DNA from: Alphaproteobacteria bacterium
GTDB lineage: Bacteria > Pseudomonadota > Alphaproteobacteria > GCA-2731375
NCBI GenBank assembly: GCA_965232515.1
Contig: CBDDPY010000002.1
Location: 4,000,001-4,064,000, forward strand
Direction: 5' to 3'
DNA: 64,000 nucleotides
Of this stretch, positions 9,362 to 20,700 are shown one piece after another. Below the pieces are notes generated by a model, which ran no database searches, was not told where the DNA came from, and saw only the letters and a program-made list of their open reading frames with translations. Made by a program: the position numbers and the translations under genes. Numbering within the stretch: position 1 is the first letter of the stretch; the number at the start of each line of letters is the position of its first letter.

Positions 9362-10314
9362 TTGCGGACATAGTCGGCGACGCCGTCTTCCAGCGAGGTG
9401 AACGGTCGGTCGTAGCCCGCCGCGCGCAGGCGGTCCATGCGCGCTTCGGTGAAATACTGGTACTTGTCGCGGATCTCGGCTGGCGTGTCGGCATAGTCGA
9501 TACGCGCGTTGGCCCCCAGCGCCTTGAACAGCGCCCCGATCAGATCGGCGAACGAACGCGCCTTGCCGGTGCCCAGGTTGAACAGGCCCGACACGTCGCG
9601 CCGCTCCAGCAGCCAGAGGATCACGTCGACGCAGTCACGCACGTAGATGAAGTCCCGCGACTGGCCGCCGTCGGCATAGTCCGGATGGTGCGACTTGAAC
9701 AGCGTCACCGCGTCGCCCGCCGCCGCCGTCGGATAAGCCTTGCAGACGACGCTGCGCATGTCGTCCTTGTGATACTCGTTCGGCCCGTAGACGTTGAAGA
9801 ACTTGAGGCCGACCCATTGCCGCGGCGCCGGCCCGCCGCGCCCGGCAAGCGCGATCGCCCGCCGGTCGAAGGCCTGCTTGCTCCAGCCGTATCCGTTCAA
9901 GGGCCGGAGCTGGGCCAGCGCCGCCGGATCGTTGTCGTCGTCGAAGCCCGCCGCGCCGTCGCCATAGGTCGCCGCCGACGAGGCATAGATCAGGCGCGCA
10001 CCGTTCCCGGCGCACCAGTGCCAGAGATCGAGCGAGAAGCGGAAGTTGTTGCGCACCAGCGCGTCGAGATCGCGTTCCGTGGTCGACGAGATCGCGCCCA
10101 TGTGCACCACCGCCTCGATCCGGCGGCCCTGCGCCGCCAGCCAGTCGAGGCAGGCTTCCGGCGCGACGATATCGGCGAGCGCGTGCTTGGCGACGTTGCG
10201 CCATTTGTCGCCGCTGCCCAGGTAATCGCAGATCGCCACGTCCTGGCCGGCGTCCGCCAGCGCCGCCACCACGTTCGAGCCGATGAAGCCGGCGCCGCCA
10301 GTGACCAGGATCAT
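9331..10314 (-). CDS. hldD: ADP-L-glycero-D-manno-heptose 6-epimerase
   Basis: [36 protein letters not shown] and KYQYFTEA motifs; follows hldE. Confidence 0.95.
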   Translation of the reverse strand: MILVTGGAGFIGSNVVAALADAGQDVAICDYLGSGDKWRNVAKHALADIVAPEACLDWLAAQGRRIEAVVHMGAISSTTERDLDALVRNNFRFSLDLWHWCAGNGARLIYASSAATYGDGAAGFDDDNDPAALAQLRPLNGYGWSKQAFDRRAIALAGRGGPAPRQWVGLKFFNVYGPNEYHKDDMRSVVCKAYPTAAAGDAVTLFKSHHPDYADGGQSRDFIYVRDCVDVILWLLERRDVSGLFNLGTGKARSFADLIGALFKALGANARIDYADTPAEIRDKYQYFTEARMDRLRAAGYDRPFTSLEDGVADYVRNYLAADDPYR

Positions 10315-11789
10315 GCGCCGCCGCCCGACGCCCGGTTCATGCGCGCGATGGTGCCGGTGGTGCTGTGGCCGTCGACGATGTCGGCCAGCAGCACGCGGCC
10401 GCCCCAGGCCTGCACCTCCTTGGCGCCCACCACCTGATCGATTGTGTAGTCCGCGCCCTTGACCAGCAGGTCCGGCTTCAACGTCTCGAGCAGCTTGAGC
10501 GGCGTGTCCTCGTCGAACACCACCACCAAATCGGCCGACGCAATCGAGGCCAGCACCCGAGCCCGCGCCGTCTCAGTCTGCACCGGCCGGTCCGGGCCTT
10601 TCAGTCGCGCCACCGAGGCATCGCTGTTCAGCCCGACGATCAGCCGGTCGCAGGCCGCCCGCGCCTGCCGCAGCAGCGAGACGTGGCCGGGGTGCAGAAT
10701 ATCGAAGCAGCCGTTGGTGAAGCCGACGCGCAAGCCCCGCGCGCGCCAGCGCGCCACCCGTTCGGCCGCGCCCGTGGCGGTGACGATCTTGGCGTCCTGC
10801 GCCGAGGCCTCGGCGCTGGTCAGCGCGGCGGCCAGATCGTCGGCATGCACCACGGCCGTGCCGACCTTGCCGACCACGACGCCGCCAGCGAGGTTCGCCA
10901 ACCGCGCCGCCTGCTCCAGATCGGCGCCCGCGGCCAGCGCCGCCGCCGCGGTCGCGACCACCGTGTCGCCGGCGCCGGAGACGTCGAACACCTCGCGCGC
11001 GTCGGCCGGCAGGTGCGTCGCCGCGCCGTCGGCCGTGACCAGCGACACGCCGGCGCCCGACCGGCTGACCAGCATGGCGGCGATGTCGTTGCCCGCCAGC
11101 AATTTGGCCGCCGCCGCCGCGACCCCGGCATCGTCGTCGCAAGCCAGGCCCGAGGCGGCAGCCAGTTCGCCGACATTCGGTTTCAGCAGCGTGACGCCGG
11201 CATAGGCCGCGATGTCGCGCCGCTTCGGATCGGCGACCACCGGCACGCCGGCCGCCTTCGCCTTCTCGATCGCCGCCGCCAGCACGTCATCGCCCAGCAC
11301 GCCCTTGGCATAGTCCGACAGCACCAGCACATCGGCCGTCATCAGCGCGGCATCGAGCGCCGCCAGAAGGTCCGCGACCGTGGCCGCCGACAGCGCCGAC
11401 GCGGTCTCGGCATCGGCGCGCAGCAACTGCTGGCCGTCGGCGACATAGCGGGTCTTCAGGGTCGTCGGCCGGCCGGCCTCGACGATCAGCCGCGCCTCGA
11501 CGTTCACCTCCGACGCCGCGAGCTCGGTGACAACTCGGCCGGGCGCATCGTCGCCGACGGCGGCGATCAGCACCGTCTCGACGCCCAGCGCCGCCAGATT
11601 GCGCGCCACGTTGCCGGCGCCACCCAGCATCTCGGCCTCGCGGTCGATGCGCAGCACCGGGATCGGCGCCTCGGGCGAGACCCGCGAAACCGCGCCATAG
11701 GTGAACCGGTCCAGCATGACGTCGCCCAGGCAGACCACCCGGCCGTTGGCCAGCGTGTCGATCAGGTTATGCAGCGCGCTTCCGTCCAA
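10311..11789 (-). CDS. hldE: Bifunctional heptose-7-P kinase / heptose-1-P adenylyltransferase
   Basis: [29 protein letters not shown] and KGADY motifs. Confidence 0.95.
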   Translation of the reverse strand: MDGSALHNLIDTLANGRVVCLGDVMLDRFTYGAVSRVSPEAPIPVLRIDREAEMLGGAGNVARNLAALGVETVLIAAVGDDAPGRVVTELAASEVNVEARLIVEAGRPTTLKTRYVADGQQLLRADAETASALSAATVADLLAALDAALMTADVLVLSDYAKGVLGDDVLAAAIEKAKAAGVPVVADPKRRDIAAYAGVTLLKPNVGELAAASGLACDDDAGVAAAAAKLLAGNDIAAMLVSRSGAGVSLVTADGAATHLPADAREVFDVSGAGDTVVATAAAALAAGADLEQAARLANLAGGVVVGKVGTAVVHADDLAAALTSAEASAQDAKIVTATGAAERVARWRARGLRVGFTNGCFDILHPGHVSLLRQARAACDRLIVGLNSDASVARLKGPDRPVQTETARARVLASIASADLVVVFDEDTPLKLLETLKPDLLVKGADYTIDQVVGAKEVQAWGGRVLLADIVDGHSTTGTIARMNRASGGGA

Positions 11790-11870
11790 CGCACATCACC
11801 GAAATTCCGTAATTCCTGCATGGCCTTACACCAAAGACGCCGACGATACCAGCGGCGGTGCTCCCATTAG

Positions 11871-11993
11871 CCCTCACCCCAGCCCTCTCCCGCAAGCGGG
11901 AGAGGGGGCCACCACCGCTGCGGTTGTACCCCCTCTCCCGTTTACGGGAGAGGGGGGGACCCGCGCGCTGCTAAGCGTGTGGGAGGGTGAGGG
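11871..11993. repeat. Palindromic REP/MITE-like intergenic element
   Basis: Ends CCCTCACCC...GGGTGAGGG enclose two CCCTCTCCCG-n-CGGGAGAGGG hairpins. Confidence 0.8.
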
Positions 11994-12050
11994 CTGACCG
12001 CACTGAAGTCACGACGGCGTCACCGGCATTTCGACACACGTGACGGCACT

Positions 12051-12812
12051 TCACGTCTGCAGCAGCCGCCGCGCGGCGCCGTCCAGGACCAGGCAGGTCA
12101 GCCGGCCGGACCGGAAGGCGCCGGTGTCGATACCGATGCGGTTCGGCATCAGCTCCACCTCCGGCCGGATCGAATGGCCGTGCACGATGATCTTGCCGTA
12201 GTCTTCGGTCGCGTCCAGGAACTCGTCGCGGATCCACATCAGGTCGCCGTCGTCCTGCCGCGCCAGATCGACGCCCGGCCGGACGCCGGCATGCACGAAC
12301 AGGTAGTCGCCCTCCAGGTGCATCAGCTTCAGCCCGCGCAGGAATTCGTCGTGGTCCGGCGGCAAATGCGCGGCCAGCGCCTGCCGGGCCTGGGCCGGCA
12401 TGTCGTCGCCGGCATAGTCGACCATCGGCACGCCATAGCTGGCGAGCGTGGCGTTGCCGCCGTTGTAGAGCCACATGCGGCCGATCTCCTCGCCGTCGAG
12501 GAAGGCCAGCATCAGGTCCTCGTGATTGCCCTTCAGGCAGACCGACTCGATGCCGTCCGCCGGCGCCAGCAGCATGTCGATCACCTCGCGGCTCTGCGGG
12601 CCGCGATCCACATAGTCGCCGAGATGCACGATCGCCACGGTCTTGCCGTCGCCGGCCGCTTCCGAGTCCTGCCGGATCATCTCGTAGACTTCGGTCAGCA
12701 GGTCGGCCCGGCCGTGAATATCGCCGATGGCGTAGATCCGCCGGCCGTCCGGCACGCGGGCGGTCTCGGCCAAGTCGGATTTCGACGAGGACCCGAAGAA
12801 GCGTCGCAACAT
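12051..12812 (-). CDS. Metallophosphoesterase (PPP-type Ser/Thr phosphatase-like)
   Basis: GDIHG, GDYVDRG, GNHE, HGHS and IDTGA motifs. Confidence 0.9.
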   Translation of the reverse strand: MLRRFFGSSSKSDLAETARVPDGRRIYAIGDIHGRADLLTEVYEMIRQDSEAAGDGKTVAIVHLGDYVDRGPQSREVIDMLLAPADGIESVCLKGNHEDLMLAFLDGEEIGRMWLYNGGNATLASYGVPMVDYAGDDMPAQARQALAAHLPPDHDEFLRGLKLMHLEGDYLFVHAGVRPGVDLARQDDGDLMWIRDEFLDATEDYGKIIVHGHSIRPEVELMPNRIGIDTGAFRSGRLTCLVLDGAARRLLQT

Positions 12813-12882
12813 GGCGGCAATCTAACACATCCCGGCCGGCCGCCGTGTGACGCGCTACACCACCTGTCGCCCGTTCGACAAC

Positions 12883-15045
12883 TTACGATACGTCCGGCGA
12901 GGCCGGTGACGGGGCGGGCGCCGCGGCCGGCGGGGCGGCGAAATGCGCCCAGGCCTGACGGCCGCCGCGGTTGTCGAGATAGTTCAGCAACGCCAGCACC
13001 GGCCGGTGATCGTAACGCCGGCCGGCGTCCGCCATCAGGGCTTCCGACGCCTGCGCGAAGCTGAGCGCGCCGCGATAGGCCCGTGGGCTGATCATGCCGA
13101 CGAAGGCGTTGGCCACGGCGACGATGCGGGCGGCCAGCAGGATGCGCTCGCCGGCGAGACCCTGCGGCGCCCCACTGCCGTCCCAGGCTTCCTGCAGCTG
13201 CCGGATGGTCTCGACCACCGGCCCGTCGAACGGCACGCCGTCCAGCAGATCGGCGCTGGTCAGGATGCTGTCGCGGATCGTCGCCAGTTCGTCCTGGGTC
13301 AGCCCTTCGGTCTTGGTCAACACCGCTTCCGGCACGAGGATCTTGCCGAGATTCATCAGCGCGCCGGCCACCGCCGCCGTTTCCTGCTCGGCTTCGTTCA
13401 GCGACATCTCGCCGGCGATCGCATGCGCGACCTCGGCGACGCGCGCCGAATGGTTCGCCGAATAGGGATCGCGCCGGTCGACCACGCCCAGCAGCGTGGC
13501 GATCAATTGACGCAGCGTCTCCTCGCGCCGTTCCCGCTCGATCACAAGCTCGGTGACATCGTTGTGGATCATCAACGTGGCGCCGGCATGGACGATATCG
13601 TCGTCCAGCGGCACGTGATCGGCTTTCACCACCCGGCGCTTGTCGTCATCGCCGGTCAACTTGACCACCTCGCTGACGCCGCCATCGGCCGTCACTTTTT
13701 CGTTCAGGCGCTCGAACACCTCGGCGCGAGCCGGACCGAGCACGCTGCGCATATTCTTGCCCAGCATCTCGTCGGCCAGCAGGCCGGCCTGCCGGGCCGC
13801 CAGCGCGTTGGCAAAGGAGTAGTTCCCCTCGGCGTCGATGACGCTGATGCTGGTCGGCTGGCCGTCCGCGACGGTACGCAGGAATCGGCTCAGCGCCTCG
13901 AACCGTTCCGTCGACCGCCGGAAGCGTTCGGCCGCGGCCGAAGCGCGCACCGAGGTGCCGTGCCGCCAGACCGCCACCAGCGCGAAGCCGGCGACGCCGA
14001 TGCCCAGCAACAGCACGATCAGCAAGGTCTGCAGTCGCCGGTCGGTTTCCGCCAGCGCCTCGTCCCGGTCCACCTTGCGCATCAGCACCCATGGCACCCC
14101 GGCCAGCGCCCGGCTGGTGGCCAGCACCTCGTGGCCGGCATAGTCGGTGAAGATGCCGAAGCCGCCAGGCCGGTCCAGCATGCCGACCGCGGCCAGATCG
14201 GGCGTATCGCCGGCCAGCCGCAGGCCCAGTGCCGGCGAGCCGTCACGCAGCGGCGACAGATATTCGACGCCATCGCCGTCGGCCCGCACCAGCATGACCT
14301 CGGCCGTCTCGAGAATTTCGCCCGGCTGCCGCAGCCGCGCGAACAGGGCGTCGCCGGCCGGCCGCAGGCCGATCACGAAGCCGACCACGTTCTCGACCGT
14401 CGCGTCGCCCTGCAGCGCGAAAACCGGCGCCATGAAGCCCATCGACGGCCGGTCGCCCGGGCCGGCATGCAGATCGATGATCCCGGGCTCGTCCCGCGGT
14501 GTCTCGGCCAGCAGGCGCTCCATCTGGGCGCTCAGATCCGGCATCTCCGGCGTCGCCACCAGGACGGCGCCGTCGATGTCCAGCACCGCCAGTCCCGATT
14601 GCGGCACGCGCTCGACATTGGCCGGCACGTCGGGACCCAGCGCCGGCGCGTCATAGCCGCCGCGCGACGCCGTCACGGTCAGCAGATTGCCGAGAAATTC
14701 GGCCTGCGCCTGGACCGCGGCCCGGGCCTTGCGGTTCAGCGTCTTGCCGCGATTGGCGTCGTGTTCGGTCAGGAACAACTGCACCGTCGCGTTCTCGGCC
14801 AGGCCGTTGATCGTGTCGCGCTGCGCCGTCAGCCAGTCGGACACGGCGGCGGCGCGGCTGTCGGCGACGATGCCCAGCCGGATCTGCCAGGTCTGCAGGT
14901 CGCGCTGGCGTTCGGCCTCGACGAATTTCAGCACCGCGGCAATGCCGAGCACCGCCAGCAGCGCCAGCACGAACGCCGAGGTCGCCACGACCACGGCGGC
15001 CCGCATGCCCGGCCGGCGGCCGGATTCGTCAACGATGCTGACCAC
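12883..15045 (-). CDS. Inner-membrane Cache/PAS protein with degenerate HD-GYP domain
   Basis: GGAGG RBS and GTG at 15045; two TM helices flank a periplasmic domain, then PAS, then HD-GYP fold with MNLGK, LQE and GAP replacing HDIGK, HHE and GYP. Confidence 0.85.
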   Translation of the reverse strand: MVSIVDESGRRPGMRAAVVVATSAFVLALLAVLGIAAVLKFVEAERQRDLQTWQIRLGIVADSRAAAVSDWLTAQRDTINGLAENATVQLFLTEHDANRGKTLNRKARAAVQAQAEFLGNLLTVTASRGGYDAPALGPDVPANVERVPQSGLAVLDIDGAVLVATPEMPDLSAQMERLLAETPRDEPGIIDLHAGPGDRPSMGFMAPVFALQGDATVENVVGFVIGLRPAGDALFARLRQPGEILETAEVMLVRADGDGVEYLSPLRDGSPALGLRLAGDTPDLAAVGMLDRPGGFGIFTDYAGHEVLATSRALAGVPWVLMRKVDRDEALAETDRRLQTLLIVLLLGIGVAGFALVAVWRHGTSVRASAAAERFRRSTERFEALSRFLRTVADGQPTSISVIDAEGNYSFANALAARQAGLLADEMLGKNMRSVLGPARAEVFERLNEKVTADGGVSEVVKLTGDDDKRRVVKADHVPLDDDIVHAGATLMIHNDVTELVIERERREETLRQLIATLLGVVDRRDPYSANHSARVAEVAHAIAGEMSLNEAEQETAAVAGALMNLGKILVPEAVLTKTEGLTQDELATIRDSILTSADLLDGVPFDGPVVETIRQLQEAWDGSGAPQGLAGERILLAARIVAVANAFVGMISPRAYRGALSFAQASEALMADAGRRYDHRPVLALLNYLDNRGGRQAWAHFAAPPAAAPAPSPASPDVS

Positions 15046-15111
15046 GTCTCGTCTCCTCCGGCGCCGCCGCCCGGCGGACGGGCGGGCGCCCCGCAGTTCC
15101 AAAGGCACGGC

Positions 15112-15128
15112 GTTAAGCCGCATTTAAC
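15112..15128. promoter_or_regulatory. CtrA full binding site
   Basis: GTTAA-GCCGCAT-TTAAC matches TTAA-N7-TTAAC on both strands, in a divergent promoter. Confidence 0.7.
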
Positions 15129-15194
15129 GACCTGTCGGCAAGCTCGGACCAGGCAGGCGTTTCGCTGCTGCTATACGGGGGCAACCGGAAACAT

Positions 15195-15875
15195 ATGGTT
15201 AATGCATCCTTTCGCCGCGGTGTCCTGTATGGCGGTCGAACCGTATTGCTGGCCGTCGTCGCCGCCGCCATGACCTGGACGTCCACCGCCCAGGCGCGCG
15301 CCCTCGGCGGCGGCATTTTCGGTTACACCGAGGTGCGCAGCGACGACCTCGGCCCGTTCGTGAAATGGACCGGCATGCTTGACCGTTTCCTGCAGGAAGA
15401 CGGCGAGACCGACGGCGATTGCACCTCGACCAGCTACAACGCCTGTCACCACCAGGAATGGCAATCGCTGATCGCCGACCTGCGCGGCCTGGACCTCAAC
15501 GCCCAGCTCGACCGGGTCAACCGCTTCATGAACGAGCGCCGCTATATCGTCGACCCGATCAATTGGGGCGTGCGCGACTATTGGGCGACGCCGGGTCAGT
15601 TCTTTCGCAAGCAGGGCGATTGCGAGGACTACGCCATCGCCAAGTACCTGACCCTGCGTCAGCTCGGCATCTCGGACGCGCAGATGCGCATCGTCGTGCT
15701 GCAGGATCTGAATCTGGGCATTCCGCACGCCGTTCTGGCGGTCGCCACGCCCGACGGCACCATGATCCTCGACAACCAGATCAGCCAGGTCGTCGACGAC
15801 CGCGTCATCCGCCACTATCAGCCGATCTACTCGATCAACGAAAGCGCCTGGTGGCTCCACCGCCCGCCGAGCTGA
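15195..15875 (+). CDS. Transglutaminase-like cysteine peptidase (BTLCP/LapG-like), exported
   Basis: Signal peptide (RR..AQA); DYWATP, GDCEDYAIAKY, HAVL and LDN give the Cys-His-Asp triad. Confidence 0.9.
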   Translation: MVNASFRRGVLYGGRTVLLAVVAAAMTWTSTAQARALGGGIFGYTEVRSDDLGPFVKWTGMLDRFLQEDGETDGDCTSTSYNACHHQEWQSLIADLRGLDLNAQLDRVNRFMNERRYIVDPINWGVRDYWATPGQFFRKQGDCEDYAIAKYLTLRQLGISDAQMRIVVLQDLNLGIPHAVLAVATPDGTMILDNQISQVVDDRVIRHYQPIYSINESAWWLHRPPS

Positions 15876-16024
15876 TTCTTTTATCCGACGTGACACTTCG
15901 CGTGGCACCGGAAAGACGTCTGTAAGGCAGTTCCGTCGGCCCTATAGGTCGCGACTGCGGCCCGCCGGCCGTCCGGCGCGCCCGCGCAGACGCGGACCGT
16001 CAGGTCCGCTGTCGTGAGCGCAAA

Positions 16025-16051
16025 ATCACTTCCCATGAAATGGGAAGTGAT
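16025..16051. promoter_or_regulatory. Perfect 12-bp inverted repeat (operator or hairpin)
   Basis: ATCACTTCCCAT-GAA-ATGGGAAGTGAT. Confidence 0.5.
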
Positions 16052-16145
16052 CGAGATGTGAGCCGCTTCACATCGCCGACACGGCTAATGCTCCGATATC
16101 TCCTGTGCACGACGAAATTCGTCGAATGCTGCAAGGAGATCGAAG

Positions 16146-16322
16146 ATGCGAGGTTCGGGCGCATCGGGTTTCGTCATTCTGCTCGCGTTCTGGCTGATCG
16201 GCGTGTTGGCCTTGACGATGTTCTGGCCAACCACGCGCCCCGGCCGGATACCGGCGATCTCGGCTGACGCGACACTGGCCGCGCAAGACGGCCCTGTCGG
16301 CTCGCCATCCGAGCAACGTTGA
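16146..16322 (+). CDS. Small 58-aa single-TM protein (absent from the ORF track)
   Basis: AAGGAG 7 nt before ATG; MRGSGASGFVILLAFWLIGVLALTMFWPTTRPGRIPAISADATLAAQDGPVGSPSEQR. Confidence 0.6.
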   Translation: MRGSGASGFVILLAFWLIGVLALTMFWPTTRPGRIPAISADATLAAQDGPVGSPSEQR

Positions 16323-16513
16323 CACCCGCGCACACCACATTCCGCGCCGCGCGCGCCGCACCGCGCGACGCGTGAACGCCGGCAGCACCTTCCGCCATCA
16401 CGGCCCGGTTGCGAACAATTCTTCGGCGGTGAGGATTGCAACACTGGACTCCCTGACTAGATACATGGGTCAATTCGCCCACCGCAAATGATGGGCAGAT
16501 CAGGGGTCTATCG

Positions 16514-17725
16514 GTGTCTGCTAATGCTTTGGCCTTATTGGGATTGCGCCCAATATTAAGGCAGTTCTCGGCCAAGAAATTCTTCCTGCCCGCGGCGCTG
16601 CTTCTTGCCGCCTGCAATCCGTCGGAATCGAACGTGGCGCAGGCGCCGCCCGTGCCGCCGGCGGTCACCGTCAGCGCGCCGCTGGTGCGCGAGATCGTAG
16701 AGTGGGACGAATATACCGGCCGCTTCCAGGCCGTCGAGACCGTCGATGTCCGCTCGCGCGTCAGCGGCTATCTCGATTCCATCAACTTCACCGACGGCGA
16801 GATCGTCAACCAGGGCGACCTCCTGTTCGTCATCGACCAACGGCCGTTCCAGGTGGCGCTGGCGCAGGCCGAAGCCGAGCTGAACCAGGCCCGCACCCGC
16901 GCCGAGCTGGCGGCCAAGGACCTGGAACGGGCCCGACCGCTGCTGCAGCGCGGCAACATCTCGCAGGCCGTGTTCGACGAGCGTCTTCAAGCCCGCCAGG
17001 AGGCCGATGCGGCCGTGCGCTCGGCCGAGGCTCAGGTCGAGGCGGCCCGGCTCGATCTCGAATATTCCGAAATCCGCGCGCCCGTCACCGGCCGCATCAG
17101 CCGCTATCTGGTCAGCGTCGGCAACCTGGTCACGGGCGGCGCCGCCAACGCCACGTTGCTGACCACCATCGTTTCGCTCGATCCGATCCACTTCTTCTTC
17201 GACGCCAACGAGGCCGCGTACCTGAAATACGTCCGCCTCGACCGCACCGGCCAGCGCACCAGCTCGCGCGACGCGCAAAACCCGGTGCAACTGTCGTTGC
17301 TGGACGAGATCGACTTTCCCCATCGCGGGCGCATGGACTTCGTCGAGAACCGGCTCGATCAACAGACAGCGACGATCCGCGCCCGCGCGGTGTTCGACAA
17401 CGGCGAGCTGTTGTTCCTGCCGGGCATGTTCGGCCGCATTCGGCTGATCGGCAGTGGGCGTTACGCGGCCATCATGCTGCCCGACGAGGCGATCGGCACA
17501 GACCAGTCGCGCAAGTTCGTCTATGTCCTCGACGAGGACAACGTGGTCGGCATCCGCCTGGTCGAGCTCGGCCCCATCATCGACGGCCTGCGCGTGATCC
17601 GCGACGGCCTCGGGCCCGAGGACCGGGTCATTATCGACGGGCTGCAGCGCGCCCGGCCCGGCGCGCCGGTCACGCCGGAGGAAGGACGCATCGAGGTCGC
17701 CGAGGCCGCAACGGCCACGCAGTAG
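16514..17725 (+). CDS. RND efflux periplasmic adaptor (MexE-like)
   Basis: Lipobox-like LAAC, EWDEYTGRFQA, VRSRVSG and APVTGRIS. Start uncertain. Confidence 0.9.
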   Translation: MSANALALLGLRPILRQFSAKKFFLPAALLLAACNPSESNVAQAPPVPPAVTVSAPLVREIVEWDEYTGRFQAVETVDVRSRVSGYLDSINFTDGEIVNQGDLLFVIDQRPFQVALAQAEAELNQARTRAELAAKDLERARPLLQRGNISQAVFDERLQARQEADAAVRSAEAQVEAARLDLEYSEIRAPVTGRISRYLVSVGNLVTGGAANATLLTTIVSLDPIHFFFDANEAAYLKYVRLDRTGQRTSSRDAQNPVQLSLLDEIDFPHRGRMDFVENRLDQQTATIRARAVFDNGELLFLPGMFGRIRLIGSGRYAAIMLPDEAIGTDQSRKFVYVLDEDNVVGIRLVELGPIIDGLRVIRDGLGPEDRVIIDGLQRARPGAPVTPEEGRIEVAEAATATQ

Positions 17726-17732
17726 CCAACAG

Positions 17733-20700
17733 ATGAAATTCCCGCATTTTTTCATCGACCGGCCGATCTTCGCGGCCGTCCTGTCAATCTTCCTGCTGAT
17801 CATCGGCGGCATCGCCTATGTCTCGCTGCCGGTGGCGCAATATCCAGAGGTCGTGCCGCCCACGGTCGTGGTCAGCGCGCAGTATCCCGGCGCCAGCGCC
17901 GAGGTCATCGCCGATACCGTGGCGACGCCGCTCGAGCAGGAGATCAACGGCGTCGAGAACATGCTCTACATGTACTCGCAGTCGAGCAACGACGGCCGCA
18001 TGTCCTTGACCGTGACCTTCGCGCTCGGCACCGACCTCGATCAGGCCCAGGTGCTGGTGCAGAACCGGGTCGCCGTGGCCGAGCCGCGCCTGCCCGAAGA
18101 AGTCCGGCGCATCGGCGTCACCACGCGCAAGAACTCGCCCGACCTGCTGATGGTCGTGCACATGATCTCGCCCGACGACACCTTCGACCAGCTCTACATC
18201 AGCAACTACGCGACGCTGCAGGTGCGCGACGTGCTGGCCCGGCTCGACGGCGTCGGCGACATCCAGATGTTCGGCGCGCGCGACTACTCCATGCGCATCT
18301 GGCTCGACCCCGACCGGATCTCCTCCTTCCAGATGACGGCGAGCGACGTGGTCGAGGCGATCCGACAGCAGAACGTGCAGGTGGCCGGCGGCGCGCTCGG
18401 CCAGCCGCCGGTCGTGGACGCGCGGGCCTTCCAGACCAACCTACAGCTGCTCGGCCGGCTCACCGACCCCGAACAGTTCGCCGATATCGTCGTGCGCACC
18501 GCGCCCGACGGCCGCTTTCTCCGGTTGCGCGACGTCGCCCGGGTCGAGCTCGGCGCCCGCGACTACGTCACCAACTCCTATCTCGACGGCAAGTCCGCCG
18601 TGGTGCTGGCGATCTCGCAGCGGCCTGGCTCGAACGCGCTGGCGACGGCCGAGTCGATCCAGGCCGCCATGGCCGAGCTGGCCGGGGATTTCCCGCCCGG
18701 CCTCGAATACCGCATCATCTACAACCCGACCGAGTTCATCGCCGAATCCATCGACGAGCTGATCCTCACCATCTACGAGGCCGTGTTCCTGGTCGTGCTC
18801 GTGGTGCTCTTGTTCCTGCAGTCCTGGCGCGCCTCGATCATCCCGATCATCGCTATCCCGGTCTCGCTGGTCGGCACCTTCGCGGTGATGGCCGCGTTCG
18901 GCTTCTCGGTTAACAACCTGACGCTGTTCGGCCTGGTGCTGGCCGTCGGCATCGTCGTCGACGACGCCATCGTCGTGGTCGAGAATGTCGAGCGCAACCT
19001 GCGCGACGGGCTCAGTCCGCGCGAGGCGGCGCGCAAGACCATGACCGAGGTCGGCGGCGCGCTCGTCGCCATCGCGCTGGTGCTGTCGGCGGTGTTCATT
19101 CCGGCCGCCTTCATCCCCGGCATATCCGGCGAGTTCTACCGCCAGTTCGCGCTGACCATCGCGGTGGCCACCATCATCTCGGCCTTCAACTCGCTGACGC
19201 TGAGCCCGGCCTTGAGCGCGCTGTTGCTGAAGCCGCATGACGAAACAGACCGCCGCGGCGCCGTCGCCCGCATCCTCGGCGCGCCGTTCCGCTGGTTCTT
19301 CAACGGCTTCAATCGGGGCTTCGATCTGCTGGCCGCCGGCTATGCCCGGCTCGTCGGCGTCGTCAATCGCGGCGCCGTCGTCATGCTGGTGGTCTACGTG
19401 GGCCTGATCAGCCTCACCGTTTGGGGCTTCACCCGGGTGCCGACCGGCTTCATCCCGCAGCAGGATCAGGGCTATTTCATCACCGCGATTCAGCTGCCCG
19501 ACGGCGCCGCGCTGGGCCGCACGGACGCCGTCATTACCGAGGCCGAGCGCATCATCCTCGACACGCCGGGCATCGCGCACACCGCGACGTTCTCCGGCTT
19601 CTCCGGCGCCACCCGCACCAACGCGTCGAACGCCGGCGCCATCTTCGCCGTCATGGACGCGTTCGAAGACCGCGAGGCTGCGGGCCTCAGCGGCAACGCC
19701 ATCCTCGCCGACATGCGCCAGCGGCTCGGCGCCATCCAGGGCGCCTTCATCGCCGTGTTCCCGCCGCCGCCGGTCCAGGGCATCGGCACGGCCGGCGGCT
19801 TCCGCATGATGCTGCAGGACCGTCGCGGCCGCGGTCTCGAGGTGCTGCAGCAGGCGACCAACGACATGGTCGCCGCCGCCAACGCCGAGCCCGGCCTGAT
19901 CGGCGTCTACAGCACCTTCCGTTCCAGCACGCCCCAGCTCTACGTCGACGTCGACCGCACCAAGGCGCAGATCCTTGACGTGCCGATGGAGAACCTGTTC
20001 GAAACGCTGGAGATCTATCTCGGCTCGGCCTACGTCAACGACTTCAACCTGTTCGGCCGCACCTATCGCGTCACGGCCCAGGCCGACGCCGCGCACCGGC
20101 TTGATCCCGAGGACATCTCGCGCCTGCGCACGCGCAGCGACAGCGGCGCCATCGTGCCGCTGGGCTCGGTCGTCACCTTCCGCGACATCGCGGCGCCCGA
20201 CCGCGTGCCGCGCTACAACATCTACCCCGCCGCCGAGATCGACGGCGGCAGCCTGCCGGGCGTCAGCTCGGGCGAAGCCATCGCCAGTATGGAGCGGCTG
20301 GCCGCCGAAATCCTGCCCGACGGCATCGATTTCGAATGGACGGATTTGGCCTACCAGCAGATCCAGGCCGGCAACACGGCGTTCTTCATCTTCCCGCTCG
20401 CGGTGCTGTTCGTGTTCCTGGTGCTGGCGGCGCAATACGAGAGCTGGAGCCTGCCGCTCGCCATCGTACTGATCGTGCCCATGTGCCTGCTGTCGGCGAT
20501 CGGCGGCGTCGCCTTGCGGGGCATGGACAACAACATCCTGACCCAGATCGGCTTCGTCGTGCTGGTCGGCTTGGCCAGCAAGAACGCGATCCTGATCGTT
20601 GAGTTCGCGCGCCAGCTCGAGGCCCAGGGCCGCAACCGCTTCGACGCCGCGGTCGAAGCCTGCCGCCTGCGCCTGCGCCCCATCCTGATGACGTCCTTCG

